Shown piece after piece: positions 21,855 to 36,575 of a stretch of DNA of 64,000 nt. A program made the position numbers and the translations under genes. The DNA is from Octopus sinensis (taxonomy: Eukaryota): the NCBI RefSeq assembly GCF_006345805.1, contig NC_043003.1, forward strand, positions 68,138,001-68,202,000, given 5' to 3'. The first letter of the stretch is position 1. Each line of letters begins with the position of its first letter. Under the pieces are notes generated by a model, which ran no database searches, had not been told where the DNA came from, and was given only the letters and a program-made list of their open reading frames with translations.

Positions 21855-22195
21855 TGGATTAGTGGTAAGTAGCTTGCTTAACAACAACATGGTTCCGAGT
21901 TCAGTCCCACTGCGTGACACCTTGGTCAAGTGCTTTATTCCCTAGCCTCGGGCCAACAAAAGACATGTAAGTGGATTTGGCAGACTTAAACTGAAAGAAG
22001 CCCGTCGTCTATATATATATGTGTGTGTTTGTGTGTGTGTGTGTGTTTGTTTGCCCCCCCCCACCACCACCACAATCGCTTGACAACCAGCAAGACGGAC
22101 CGATAGAATAAGTACTAGTCTCACAAAGAATAAGTCATGGGGTCGATTTGTTCGACTAAAGGCAGTGCTCCAGCATGGCCGCATTCAAATCACAG
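21855..22195 (+). mobile_element. SINE family C
   Basis: Same layout as 16485-16800. Confidence 0.85.
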
Positions 22196-22554
22196 AATTA
22201 AATATTAAAAGAACAATATTTAATAAGCGGTGCGAGAGACTTTACCCTGTCTACAATTAAATTAGAAAAATTCTGTTTATCTGTAATCTCATTTAATGCT
22301 TCAATATAGAAAAGGTTGCAAGTGTGTTGAATATAGCATTCAATATTGCATTAGAATCCATCCTCTACAGTGGTTCTAGCGAATGTTAAATATTATAATC
22401 AAAATTTAATCTGTTGTATTTGGTTAGTTTTCGGTTATAGGGAAAATTTGTCTGGAAATACAGAAAGCAATGTTTATTCGCTATGCGCATTACATACATA
22501 CACACTTACAAAGACACACACTGACGAAGGCAAACATAGAGCTGGACAAACACA

Positions 22555-22585
<31 letters not shown>

Positions 22586-22877
22586 CATATAAACACGTGC
22601 GCACAAGCATACACATATATATAAGCAGGCACACGCACACAAAAACAAACGCAAGAATGTGCCCACGCGGATACATATTCAAACACACCAATATAGCGTC
22701 TTCTAAAGTGAAACAAACTCCGGCCGAGTTAGCCGCTTACCACATCAAAAATTACTTATCATACACTTGTACATACACATTATATTATATATATTACACT
22801 ATATTATATAATATATATGTGTGTGTGTGTGTGTATAAATACATACGTATATGTATAACGTACATATATATGTGTGT

Positions 22878-23015
<138 letters not shown>

Positions 23016-23761
23016 GTATATATAAATATATATATAAATATATATATAAATAAACACACTCGCCAATTCATGGACACACTGACATCGATTGACAACTACA
23101 AAATCTACTTTTATTAATCCTCACATTTAAAAAACCCAATAATTCCAACGCCTCATTAGCTAAGTTATATATACATTTTATCACGTCTATCGACTTTAGG
23201 TGTAGTTTACGTCTTTTAATTAATTTATCTGAGAATTTCTATCTTTTCTGCTAAAAGTTTACAAATACACAGAGTACGTAAATACTTTTGCTAGGCAATC
23301 GCGTTCCTGTGTATTTGTGACGAAATACCCATAACCATTGAATAGCTTCTTCCATTTTGTATTTTCTGTAGTTTAGTGACGCTTTTAATAAGCAATTCAT
23401 CAATGTCGGTTTATCTGGTTTATAAATTTATCATATCGCATAGAAGCGGAAATTGGATGGAATTGGATAGAATGGAATGGAATGGAAATAAATTTGTTTA
23501 GAGCTCAGTCTTACTAGCTATGATGATTATTAACATATCCGAACACACGCACTCACATACACAGGCACGTATAGACACAGAGACACACAGACAAACACAT
23601 ATATATATATACACAGGCATGCACACACATCTCTCGCATCTCCCTCTCTCCCTCTCTTTTTCACAATATGCGTGTGCGTGCGTGTGTGTGTGCGTGAGTC
23701 CATATACACCGAGAATTACATATAGATAGATAGATAATTAGATAGATAGATAGATAGATAT

Positions 23762-23799
<38 letters not shown>

Positions 23800-23887
23800 G
23801 GATAGACAGAGAAATAGATTGACAGTCGGACAGACAGCCAGACAGATAGATAGATAGATGGATGGATGGATAGATAGATAGATAGAT

Positions 23888-23922
<35 letters not shown>

Positions 23923-23924
23923 TG

Positions 23925-25334
23925 TTTCTTTATTGGCCACACAGGGATTAACACAGAGGGGACAAAATACAAAGTAGCGCTTTTATTTTCAGGAAGTAAA
24001 GGAGAAAATGTGAGGGTAGAATTTCGATCAAAAGGGATCGTGGTAAAAGAAAAAGAATCACCAATAATGATCGTGTGTCACAGAAGTATCATAGTGTAAA
24101 ATGGGAAACAGATTACGTTTATCCGTGGAAAGAAAAGCCTACGGAAAAGACCACGGTAACCTCGGGTAATAATATCATGCAAAAAACACATTACAGTAAG
24201 TGTCTCTCTTATTCTTTTTCTGATTCATAGGACTATGCTCAAGGTGGTTCCGTCATTCAAACATGCCATCCTTGCTACAGTCACCCATCTTTTTTTTAAA
24301 AATTCACACGACAAAACTTCCCTCTCTACTCTCAATTTCCTCTTCAAGTGACACTTGAAGAAGTTGACGAAAGATTGACCAGAGAGGAAAGCGTTTGTCT
24401 CTAGTCCTTTCAGACGCGTCCACCAGATACATTCTTTCGCCATAGCCACAAGTACGATGAACAATGCTCTTCCTTCCCGTTTCAAGGAAGTAGGCGCGAC
24501 AATATTCACCATAGACTCGGTTGATAAGCCGACTCGTCCCACATGCGATAGCAGTCGTTCGACATAGACCGACAGGTCTGAAATGGTTAGACATTGTACG
24601 AATGTGTGCAGAACGGTTTCGTCGCTCTGACCGCATCTCGAGCAGGCCGGCCGCGTGTTTCTCGAGTCACGCCTGTAGAGCTTATCCCGAATGGGTAGCA
24701 CTTCTCGATAGCACTGCCAGGCCAGAGGTCTCTGGAAGTTTGCTATAAGTCCCGGCGCGAAAGTCGTCTTGAACATGTGGGTCAGGTATTCCTCGTCGAC
24801 GCCCAGCTTCGACCCGAGACATTCCACTAATCCCCTATAGAATGCTTTGGTTGTGTTGCAGTCGCTCAAGGTCGACCCGGGACAGCATAGTTGCTCGAGA
24901 GAAACGCGACACTCGCGGTGCCATTCGCCCTTCCTCGGCCTTTTTTTGATCCACGACTGCAGTTCGGTCATGGAGACGAACTGCAGAGAAGTGTACCTCA
25001 CAAACGGCAACCACACCTGTTCACCGTCATTTACGTAGAGCCGGAGATGTCGCAGTCTCAGCGCGTGTCTGCGCATCATCAACCACGGCATGTCCAGCCT
25101 TCATTTTAACGGGTTTTGACAGCAAACAGATCACCTGACCATCGGGATGTATCCTTTCCACTAGAAGTGGAAGAGAATGCATTTCAGTTTGGTGATGGTA
25201 GGGTCGGGACAAGGCACGATGGTCAAGCGGTAGTAGATGACGGACGCGATGTACGTGTTCGCCACCTCCGCTCGACCTTTTAGGGACAGCTTCCTCTCGG
25301 CCTATTGCCGGGCGAGAGTGACCACCCTACTCGT
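23925..25334 (-). mobile_element. 5'-truncated Tx1/L1-clade LINE between (GATA)n arrays
   Basis: RKLSLKGRAEVANTYIASVIYYR (post-RT), then a 288-aa open frame with CSRCGQSDETVLHTFVQC zinc finger, then a 3' UTR ending GTGGCCAATAAAGAAA. Stops occur in 25100-25290. Confidence 0.88.
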
Positions 25335-25366
25335 TAGATAGCTAGCTAGCTAGCTAGCTAGCTAGC

Positions 25367-25428
<62 letters not shown>

Positions 25429-25994
25429 TACAAGCAGACATACATACCAAATAACATGCAGAGACACGAGCATTCATACATATGAATACATTCAAAACTT
25501 AACGCTGTGTGAGAAGGTATTCTATGTTTCAAGTTTTAGGCGCTTAAGAATCAAGAGCCTTATAATCAGAGTAGCGAACCGCTTGGGGCTACCTCTGAAT
25601 GATTAATGTTTCTCTGTCCATTGATTATTTTCTTCTGCTTAATTGCAACTCACCGGAATGTGCTCTAAACAATACCTTATACAATACAATAATTATCTCT
25701 GAACATAATTTGTTCCGCAGTTAAATCGATACGCTATTACTTCACAATTATATTCTAGCGTACAATTTGCTGTTTAATACAAACATTTAAATAAACCACT
25801 TACGCGTATAATGCAGCTTTTAACATTCTTAAACGTATAACCGCTCATAACATCTAATAAGCTGAAAATATGTCATATTGTAGTACCTTGATTCGTATAC
25901 TAAGTCTCATTGATCTGCACGTATTCCTATTAAAAAAAATTGACAAACAATATATATTTTAAACTCTCAGGTAAAACATAGGCACAGGGCTAGT

Positions 25995-26170
25995 AATTCG
26001 AGGAGTGGGGCAACTGGATTACATCGATCCCAGTTTTCTAATGATAGATTTTTTTATACGACCCCGAAAGAATGAAAGGCAATCTCGAACACGATGGAAT
26101 TTGAACTTAGAACGAAGGCATGGACTAAACGTCGCTAAGCATTTAACCCGGAGCGCCAGCGATCTTTCTA
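25995..26170 (-). mobile_element. SINE family M, decayed
   Basis: Reverse complement of core: CGACCCCGAAAGAATGAAAGGCAA...GGAATTTGAAC. Confidence 0.65.
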
Positions 26171-26204
26171 GCACGCTGCATTATAATGATATTTGATATT
26201 AATA

Positions 26205-26600
26205 GGATTTCTAAGGTGGCGAATTAGCAGAATCGGTTACACGGCGGGAAAATGCTTAATGGCGTTCTATCCGACTTCCTGTTCTGAGTTAAAATTCCCC
26301 CGATATCGACTTTGCTCTTTAATCCTTTCGGGATCGATGGAATAAGTTCCAGTTGAGCGCTGGGGTCGATGTAAACAACTTGCCCCTCACCGAAATTGCT
26401 GGCCTTGTGCCAAAATTTGAAATTGATGGTAATGAGAATTGTAAATCAGTACGATACCAAAATCGGTAGTACGCCGGTCAAATACTTAGAGCGGCATTTG
26501 CCTTTAAACGCTCGGGATCAACAATTGAGTACTCGAGACAAGGTAATCGATTATCCCCGCTGCCTATAAAATTACAGGCTTTGTGCGTATAGTAGAATGG
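26205..26600 (+). mobile_element. Two SINE family M copies in tandem
   Basis: Head and core at about 26215, then a more decayed copy at about 26460. Confidence 0.65.
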
Positions 26601-27084
26601 TTAGTTACACGTTACTTACTATTATTTATCATCTAATTTTTCGGGTGATTTCTCTTTATTTTTACCATCCTTTTCGCGCTTATTCTGTCACCCACAATTG
26701 TAATGTATATTTCCTTCGTCTCATTTTATTTCCATATTTTTTTAAATGTATAATTTTCTAAGCATATTGTATCCCTTTGCTTTACAGATTTCTTGCATTC
26801 ACAAATATAACACGAAATGTAATTCATACATTTAACCACAAATAAGTACTTAAAATTCCAAGTATATTTATTAAACGTAAGCAGATTTTTACGTATACAT
26901 ATAAAGCCATCTGGGAATTTTATTAAACACAATCCAATATCTATAATCAGTTCCTTAGTTAAATTTCTAGTTACCCTAACTAAATCTAAGTATTGCCACT
27001 TTACGCATTCTAGAAAATTTAAGCCGTTTTAGGAGAGGGGGTTATAATTGTTTTTGATTATTGGGATTTTAGTATATCATTACC

Positions 27085-28300
27085 TTACTACATCTGATAA
27101 GCTGACATGCCAATTTATTCCATTTCAGACCGAAGAAAGCAGCTATAAGAGCATTTTGAACGCACACTACCAGACACTGCTTGTTACAACTGGTTAGTTT
27201 GCAGAATTTCATCGCGACACGAGGAAATTCATCGCGAAGACTTTCATCGCAACGCGAAGAAAACTTTCAATCTCGCTGCGCAATAAAGTTTGGTGTTACA
27301 CTGAGCAAAAACGCTTATTTATAGATTCGCTTGTGGCTTGTGCGAGCAGAACATCTGAGGCTTTTTTTTCTGTCACAAGAGATTCGCAGGTGGTAGAGAG
27401 AAAGTGGAGACGATGAGAAGTGCGGGAGGGTAATGGACGTCAGAAGATCAGAACTGTTTGAGAAAATTGGAAATTTTCTGGACGAAACATTCGGATGTCT
27501 GTAAAGACAATAAGGCCAGAGTTTTTTCTTGGGATTGGAACTGAATATAGAATTATCCGTGAAAAGGAAAACAAGCGCAACATTTGTGGCAAGCTTGTTC
27601 CCAGAGTGCTTTGTGATGATCAGAAGGAAAGACGCATTAGTGATTGCAGGGTAATGGTTGGACTCGTAATGGAGTAGTTTTATAAGTGGTGACCTGTGAC
27701 GAAAGTTCGGCCTGCTGTAATGAACTGTAGATCAAAAGACAGACTGCTCAATGGAAACATCCTTATGCACTAGACTCAAGTATGTCAGGCAAAGCAAGTC
27801 TACCGGGAGCTCATGACGACCCTGACTTTGCGACAACAAAGGCATGATCTTCATGCATTGGGTTTCCACTGGCTAGACGCGTCAACAAAGCAATATTTCA
27901 TTGGAAAATGCTAGTGCTCTTCCAATATGCTCTGGGGCACCGCACCTGAGCCAAGTCAATGCAGTAGTCCACTACTCCATCCTGGTAACAAACTACTTAA
28001 CAGAGATGGAGATCAAAACTGTCCCTCACTCTCTTTACTGTTCTGTTACCTTTCGTTTCACGAAATTCTAGAACTTCAGGAACAGTCGTTTTGAGGACAT
28101 TGAGAATATGAATGCAGCTGTGACACAGCTCCCGGACACCTTTATTCTGGAAGGGGGGATCGTCTTTGGGCCTTCACTAACTGGCTGGAGCGCTACAGCA
28201 AGTGCATTGACGTTAGAGCATACTACATTTTAAGGATATTAAAGTTCTTTTTTTCTTTGAAATTAATGTCTAATTCTATTCACTTTTATTGATAGAACAT
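27085..28300 (+). mobile_element. Mariner (Tc1/mariner) transposon relic
   Basis: NICGKLVPRVLCDDQKERRISDCR and VTCDES motifs; TIR-like right end near 28280-28300. Confidence 0.8.
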
Positions 28301-28979
28301 TATTATTACTCACCTTTTTTATATATCTATCACTCTAATTCTATTTAAGTGTGAATTGATTTTCACTTCCTCCTTCATTTCAACTCACCACAAACCAATA
28401 ACTGTTGAAACTCAAAATACCTTATGTCCTTTTCTACCGTTTGTTTGACCTTATTACTCTTATTTACAGTTTAATTCGTTTACAAATCATTTCTCTCACC
28501 CAATATTTTATTGAAAGTCCATTTTATCTATGATTATATCTCGAATTCATTTTCCAACTCGTTTTTCATTATTATTTTTAATTGCTTTCGTACCTTTGTT
28601 TTACATATAATTGTGACTTTCATTTTATCCAATTTCAAACGTTGATTATTATGATTAACAATAATTATTCAACTAATTATACGACACAACCACCATGCAA
28701 ATACAAATTAGATTCATTTTATTTCCTTAGCCAACGCAACATTCTGATCTCTTTAAGAAATTACTCTGGTAGACATTTTTGTATAGTTGTCAATATTTTT
28801 AATACATAAACTATTTACACCAAAGTCCGTTTCTGTGTAGCTTATGCCGTCGCTCTCTTCTCTAGCTATATTTGTTTTATTATTTTGTTGTTTCCTAAAC
28901 CTTACTGTTAATTTATTTCTCAATAAATCTATATATTAAATACTCAATTCTTTTGAAAACTTTTTGTGGAAAACACTGA

Positions 28980-29700
28980 GCAATTCTCTCAGTAATCATA
29001 GCATTCAGTGAATATATAGACAGAATATATTACTAAGAACTTCGATTAGAGTAAAGGTTGATTGCGTCTGAATTGTATATAAAGTCTCAAATCTGATTTC
29101 CTCAACCTGTTTGTGAGAATTGAATATGACTGAGGATATTATTAAGTTTGCAATCCACGTTCCATCCCTTGTCACAAGATCGGAAAAAATACATCTTCTA
29201 TATCTAGTCACAATCCCACGCGATCGGAACAGATTTTCGTCTCTCTTTTTTTAAATTGTGCATCAAATGCTGAGGTACCGTCTTTGCTTACACTTTCTGA
29301 CATCCATCATCTGCTGAAAACAATTGAAACCACAATCTAGTTATGCAGCAAGATAAAGTTTTTTTTCGTCTCGTCTCTCCGCGGGCATAAATTTATCCTC
29401 TTACTGTGGACTCTTGTGAGTGGTCGCAGATGATGGCCTGCTACTGCTTGGTTTGTCATCCAAACAGTTTTCACCTTTTTAAAACTTCTTTACACATTTG
29501 TGCACATTGACAAAAGTGTCATTTCTGTTGAAAATCACTAGAATTCTGAAAATGCTGAACAACCTGCGCACTTTCTCGTCAAGTATTCAATGCCGGTAGG
29601 TTGCTTCTGGTTAGCACTCATTATTTGCCTGCAATGAGGAGCAGAAGGGCTGGTTATTCTATAGGGATACATATTCTACCACCGTGTGCAATTTCAACGA
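28980..29700 (-). mobile_element. Mariner relic
   Basis: Minus strand KQRRYLSI and SRGIVTRYRRCIF, resembling the first catalytic-Asp region (RIVTGDEKW); heavily decayed. Confidence 0.45.
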
Positions 29701-30551
29701 CCTATACCGGGTATTAAATTATTTTGCTCTCATTTACAAAGTTTTTATATATGTATGTACTCGAACACATACACAGACTAATATATTTACCTGCGTTTGT
29801 AAACAGATATATTCACGATATGCATAAAAATTAAATATTCGTTCCCTTTCACATAATTCAATAAAGTCCCCATCCCCTACAAATCGTTGTGGCTAAGTAT
29901 CCAATTGCTCTTGAGACACGAGGCACTGTAGATTTCCAAACAACCACGATTATGAAACATACATGTGAACAAATGAATAAAATTTTATTTACCGTAAATT
30001 CTCCTAAAACATAAAAATGAATACACATTTGTGCAAAGGTCAACAAATAAATCTGAAACTCTTAAAGTCTTAAGCTTTGGAGGCGCCTTGAAGTTACGTA
30101 AACGGGAAACGAGGTGGGTAAGGTTTCGATTTGAACTAACACAGTTCAATGTTGTTTTTCTTGTAAAGTGGCATCCTATGGTAAATCATAGGTTACAATA
30201 TGGAAAATGTAGTGTTCGTGTTAGACTTCAGGTATGCTCCATTTACTGGCAAAATTTTTTTGAGAAAACTTTTGTGAAACTTTTGTAAAAAGCGAAAATC
30301 TAGTGTTAAGGTTTTTGCTGGGTTGAAAGTATATTTGTATTTTATTCATGTGAATCTCAATTCACTCTCTTCATATCTCTTTCTTTGTATTCGTGTATAT
30401 TTTTAAAAAGAAGTTGTAATTAATCTCTGTCACGGAGCCCTATTATTAAATGCACACAAGGTATGCAAATAAATTCATATTATACACACACACATACATG
30501 CATATATATATATATATATATGTTTGTGTGTGTGTGTGTGTGCGTGTTTGT

Positions 30552-30584
<33 letters not shown>

Positions 30585-30609
30585 GTATATATATATATTA
30601 TATATATAT

Positions 30610-30646
<37 letters not shown>

Positions 30647-30689
30647 TCCGACCAAAAGTACAAACATTTAAGAATACTTTATTTTAATT

Positions 30690-31990
30690 TTCCGTAGAAT
30701 GTGCTTAAGCATCGTTTTTGATGATGATGTAACGAAGGCCAACTTTTTAGATATTACACTAAATTTGCACAATAATTCTTACTTCCCATACCACAAATCA
30801 TCGACCAATCTTAAGTATATTAGCAAATTCAGTAATCATTCTAGGGCAATTACTTAGAACTTAGTTGAGAATATTTCATTTAGTTTGTCTAAGTTATCTG
30901 CTAATGTTGACATTTTCAACGACAAGGCTGAATTTTATAACTCTGCTTTATTTAAAGCAAGTTATACACAGAAAGTTACCTATATTAATTCCATTCAATC
31001 TTATTCTACATTTACTAATGTAGATATGAAATCTAGTAAGGATATAAACGATATCAATTTTAATTTATACGCCAGCACCAAACAGAGTAAGGGAGATAAC
31101 CCATATTTAAACCCCTATTTTCGTTCTCAATGTAACTCTATATTATTCAAAGATAGTTACACTAAAAATAACGTACCTAATAGTAAAATCATTTGGATAA
31201 ATATTCCTTATGGGAGGCGAATTAAATCTAATCTTACTTTGTAGTTTTCTGGAATTATTATAAGGAATTTTCCAAAGAATTCTAGATATTACTCTATTAC
31301 GAACTCACACACGGTTGGGACTGTTTTTTCAAACGCAAAAAGATATCTTACAAATTATCTCCTGCCTGTCAAATAGGGATAGATTTATTAATACTATCAT
31401 TAATTTAGCTAATACAATCCATCCCCCTAGAAATATTAATAACAAGATTATTGTATCTGAAGTCAATTACAACGGAATCAAGTTTATGTCCAGTAACTCT
31501 AAAATTAAAAATTCTATATACCAATGTAAAACTACTTCTGATAATGAAGTATTTTTTTATATAGGATGTTCATCTTTTCAGTTACCTAAAAAAATGTAAT
31601 CATTAATCTACATTTATGGATAGAAATATACGCAACAGCACAGGGCTTAGGGAATTAATTTGGTATCTAAAAGTCCACAATAAATAATATAATTTAGATT
31701 GGTTGAGTCTCTCAATGTCGATAACTTATGATAAAGGCAAGGAATTCTGTCTTCTCTGTAATTCTGAACTATTTTTTATTCTTTTTCTTTCTAAAAATCC
31801 CCCTGTGAACACGGTTATAGAGCGTGCATACCGATGTAAACATTGGCAGGAACACACTTCTAGTTCATATAAGTGATATATATCATTATATATAATTTAA
31901 ACGTTAATTTTCGTCTTATATTTCACATTCCCTTGATATATTTTTCCAAGACCTTAGAGTTTTGCTTAAGTTTCATATCGTTATATTCTT
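30690..31990 (+). mobile_element. Penelope-like element, 3' portion (RT C-terminus plus GIY-YIG)
   Basis: FNDKAEFYNSALFKASY, KIIWINIPY (cf. IIWFNPPY) and SIYQCKTTSDNEVFFYIGC. Confidence 0.75.
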
Positions 31991-32008
31991 CTCGTTTATT
32001 TAGGGGTA

Positions 32009-32029
<21 letters not shown>

Positions 32030-32044
<15 letters not shown>

Positions 32045-32277
32045 GTATCTATATCTATATATATGCATATGTATATGGATATATATATGTAATAATTATA
32101 TATATATGTATATATATGTATAAATATATATGTATAATATATATATATACATATATATATGTATATAAGTATATACATATGTATATATATGTGTATATAT
32201 ATATATGTATATATATATATAGTATATATATATGTATATATATGTATATATATATATAAGTATATATATATATATAG

Positions 32278-32315
<38 letters not shown>

Positions 32316-32678
32316 TAAATATGTATATATATATATGCATATATATATATATATATAATATATATATATATTGCATATATATATGGGGCTCCCTGTATCT
32401 TTGTGTTTATTCAATATCACTGCTGATAGCCGGTGTTTGTATGTTTATGTCCCCGTACTTACCAGTCCGGCAAATATTACCCATAGCATAATAGCAAGCT
32501 TTAAAAATTAAAGAGTGCGGTGGATTCTTTCGAGCAAAATTTCAAGGTGGAGCCCCAGCATGGCTGTAGGGTAATGACTCAAACTAGTAAAATATTATAA
32601 AATGATAAAAGATATATATATATATATATCTTTTATCATTTTATAATATATATATACAGAGAGAGAAGAGAGAGATGC

Positions 32679-32729
<51 letters not shown>

Positions 32730-32962
32730 GTATATATATGTATAAATATATGTATATATATATATATACATATATATATGTATATAAGTATATACATATG
32801 TATATATATGTGTATATATATATATGTATAATATATATAAGTATATATATATATGTATATATATGTATATATATATATAAGTATATATATATATATGTAT
32901 ATATATGTATATATATGTATATATATATATATATAAATATGTATATATATATATATATATAT

Positions 32963-32999
<37 letters not shown>

Positions 33000-33350
33000 C
33001 ATATATATATGGGGCTCCCTGTATCTTTGTGTTTATTCAATATCACTGCTGATAGCCGGTGTTTGTATGTTTATGTCCCCGTACTTACCAGTCCGGCAAA
33101 TATTACCCATAGCATAATAGCAAGCTTTAAAAATTAAAGAGTGCGGTGGATTCTTTCGAGCAAAATTTCAAGGTGGAGCCCCAGCATGGCTGTAGGGTAA
33201 TGACTCAAACTAGTAAAATATTATAAAATGATAAAAGATATATATATATATATCTTTTATCATTTTATAATATATATATACAGAGAGAGAAAGAGAGAGA
33301 TGCATATATATATACATATATATATATATATATTATATATATATTATATA
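32030..33350. repeat. Tandem duplication, period about 626 bp, with breakpoints in (TA)n
   Basis: The unique segment 32385-32678 is repeated at 33011-33303 and differs only in repeat-tract lengths. It contains a SINE-C tail fragment. Confidence 0.9.
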
Positions 33351-33385
33351 TGTATATATATATATATATGTATATATATATGTAT

Positions 33386-33460
<75 letters not shown>

Positions 33461-33589
33461 TACATATATATATCTTATTGTTATAATATTATCATTTGTT
33501 AAAGAAAATGGAGAGATTATAAATTAATCAGTTAATTAATATTACCTACAATTGTTTCAATTCACAGCCAGTACATATTTCAAAAGATA

Positions 33590-34330
33590 TATAAGACCTC
33601 AGAAAAGCACTAACTGTAGACACCATCTACCCTCTTGCCAAGAAATTAGATATCAAAACTCAATGATAAACAAAACGAAACACCGCACCTCATTTCAAAA
33701 TACTCCGATATGCTTCAGCTCACAATCTTAGGAACAATGGCGTATAGAACGCTATTGTACATAATCTACTAATGCTGACTAGGGGTCCAAAAACGAACTA
33801 CATTCTGAAAACACATAAATTCATCAATTGTAAAAATCAAACCAAATCGTTGAAATGACTTCTGACAAATGCGAAGCTTTACACAACAACCACAAATATT
33901 TAAAACCAATATTTAAAACGTTTAGAAGTCCAAACTGTGAAACATGCCCCATCCTACTGGAAGGTACAGAATTCGAATTCAAACAATGAGAGAGGATCAC
34001 AATTAAGACCAACTTCACTTGTGCATCCGAGAATTTAGTTTATGCTATAAATTGTTCAGGTTGTGGACTGCCAAGTATGACACTTAGACGGAGCACTACA
34101 CTACATAAGGAACAGATCCGTTTCCAAAAGTATTGACAAATAGTTTGAGGGAACACATAAAGATATGTGCAGAGAATCTACAACCAAATTTCACAGTTTT
34201 CCCCATCTACCAATGCAAAAAAGAATTTTTGTACAAGAAGGTTTAATAATGAAAATTTAATTATCGAAAAATAGAACATTCCTAAATATGAACGCAAAAC
34301 CAACTTTAGTTTCAGTATATATTTTAATTC
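33590..34330 (+). mobile_element. Penelope-like GIY-YIG fragment
   Basis: SPNCETCPILLEGTEF, ITIKTNFTCASENLVYAINCSGC. Confidence 0.75.
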
Positions 34331-36006
34331 ATAATCACTTATCCATCACTGTACATAAATCATCTTACTACTTTAGTTTATGAGTTTTAGTATGTTTATT
34401 TAACCCTCCAAAAAATGAGCAAATACTTCCCGTCCCGAGGAATAACTATAACCAATTACCTCCCCTTATATTTTTCAACTTGTACATTCATTCACAAATC
34501 TTCATACAAGAACATAGACTAAGATCTTCTTAAAAAAATACGAAATCACAATAATTTCAATGTCATGATTAGCGAATGCGAAACCGATCGACAACCATAA
34601 TATACTTTCATTTAAAATATGTTAAAACTATGTCACACATACACACGTGCAAGAAAGAAACAGAAAAGACAAAATGAAAGATCGAAGGAAACTTGCAAAT
34701 TTTATTCACAACGTGTTAGCCAAACGAAATCTATTGCAGGTGGTGTGCAGTAGAAGCGAAACTGCTACTCAATTACTGTGAGGCGAACGTCTTTTCTAGG
34801 TTCCCTCTTGTGCCTTGTACTCTAGCATGATAGAAAAAATAAGTTCTTTTAGATAGATTACATCGGAAATAGAATCACTCAAGTTACAGATAATGGAATT
34901 GCACAATATGCAAATCGATAGTTAACGTGACACAAAAGAAAGAACCTGAGAAACTAGTTTAGAGCTGAAGCACAAAACCCAGGATGAGAATTCCACAGCT
35001 TAAATATATATGGCGCCTGTATATTCCTTATCTAAACTTTCGACGCTTGTTCTAAGTTCCAATTTCCAAACTAAGTACATGCATACGAACAGTTTTTAAC
35101 ACCACACGTAATCACACACATATGGATATAGAGATAACGCTTATAAAAGGAACCGGCAGATACACAAACTCACTCACTTATATATATTAATATTTGGTTC
35201 ACATTTACTTTTTATTATATACCCGTGCGTTATGCAAAACAAATTAAGAAAGAAATACGTTACAAAAAAATAATAATTCTACGTTTATATCATACTCTGT
35301 TTACCTAATATTTTGTTGCCATTCTTATCTACAAAATATACTCATATATTTAAAAAATATTCATATGTAAAAAAATCTCATAAATAATTCGTTGTTTTTC
35401 TTTTCTCTTTTCCCCCCCTTCATTTTGCAGTTAATGAAGAAAACGCCTATGACTGGCATACGGTATTTAGTTTCCAAATCATTTTAGATTTATTATATAT
35501 TTTATCTCGTCTTTCTATATCGTTTACAGCATTTCTATATTGTTTATCCATGTTTGTAGGCGCCAATAGCCAAGTGAAACCGAACTGGAAAACCAGGATA
35601 TATTTCAATAGCATTATTTTAAAAAATGGTATCATAAAAAATAAACCTTGCCAGAAATAGTTCATGTTTTAGTTGTAAAAGAGGTAGGAAAAAAATATGA
35701 TTTTAACACTACAGTATGGAAATCACATGATTTTCACACCACATTCACTGAAAACTAAAACATATAGAAAATAGTACCCACAGATGTAACGAGATTGAGA
35801 GGTAGATATATTGGTCGATACGTCTGGGTGTGCTGGGACTGCCTGCGTAAGTATTTCATATATGTGTGTGTATAAGCGGAAGGATAAGGCTTTGAGCATG
35901 CGTCAAAATACAAATCTATCTATCCATTAGTCTCTGTTTCTGTCTTTCTGTCTGTATGTTTCTCTATCTCACTCTATCTCTCTCCATCTCTCTTTGCATA
36001 TATACG

Positions 36007-36038
<32 letters not shown>

Positions 36039-36079
36039 ATATATTATATATATATATATATATATACATATATATATAC

Positions 36080-36116
<37 letters not shown>

Positions 36117-36189
36117 AAGAGAGAGAGAGAAAGAAAGAGATATATATACAAATATACATATATACTTATTACCCCTTGAATATTATGTA

Positions 36190-36575
36190 AGACTCTCACC
36201 CGCTTTTCCTCTTTCTACCCCATTTTCGTTCCTCTTCTTTCCCTCTCTGTTTCTTTCACCCTCTCGTTCTCGATTTTCTTCCTTAGTCGTTCCTCCTCTA
36301 TCTATCTTTTTACTCCCTCTATCTCCCTATCGTTTCTCTGTCCCTCTGATTTCCTCTTCCCTCTCTCGTATTTCTTAGTCCCTTTTCCTCCTGCCTCTTT
36401 TCTCTCAATCTCTTTTGCTTTCCTTCCTTACCTCCCTTGTACCTTGTTTCTCTCTCTCACTCTCTCCTTCACATCCTGTGATCCCTCCCTCTCGTTATTT
36501 GGTTCTTATGATTTCTTTCCTCCCTTTCCTATTTCTTTAGTCCCTCTGTCTTCTTCAACTTATCCCCTCCTCTAG
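36190..36575 (+). repeat. Long low-complexity polypyrimidine tract
   Basis: About 385 nt dominated by C and T, without a simple period. Confidence 0.8.
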
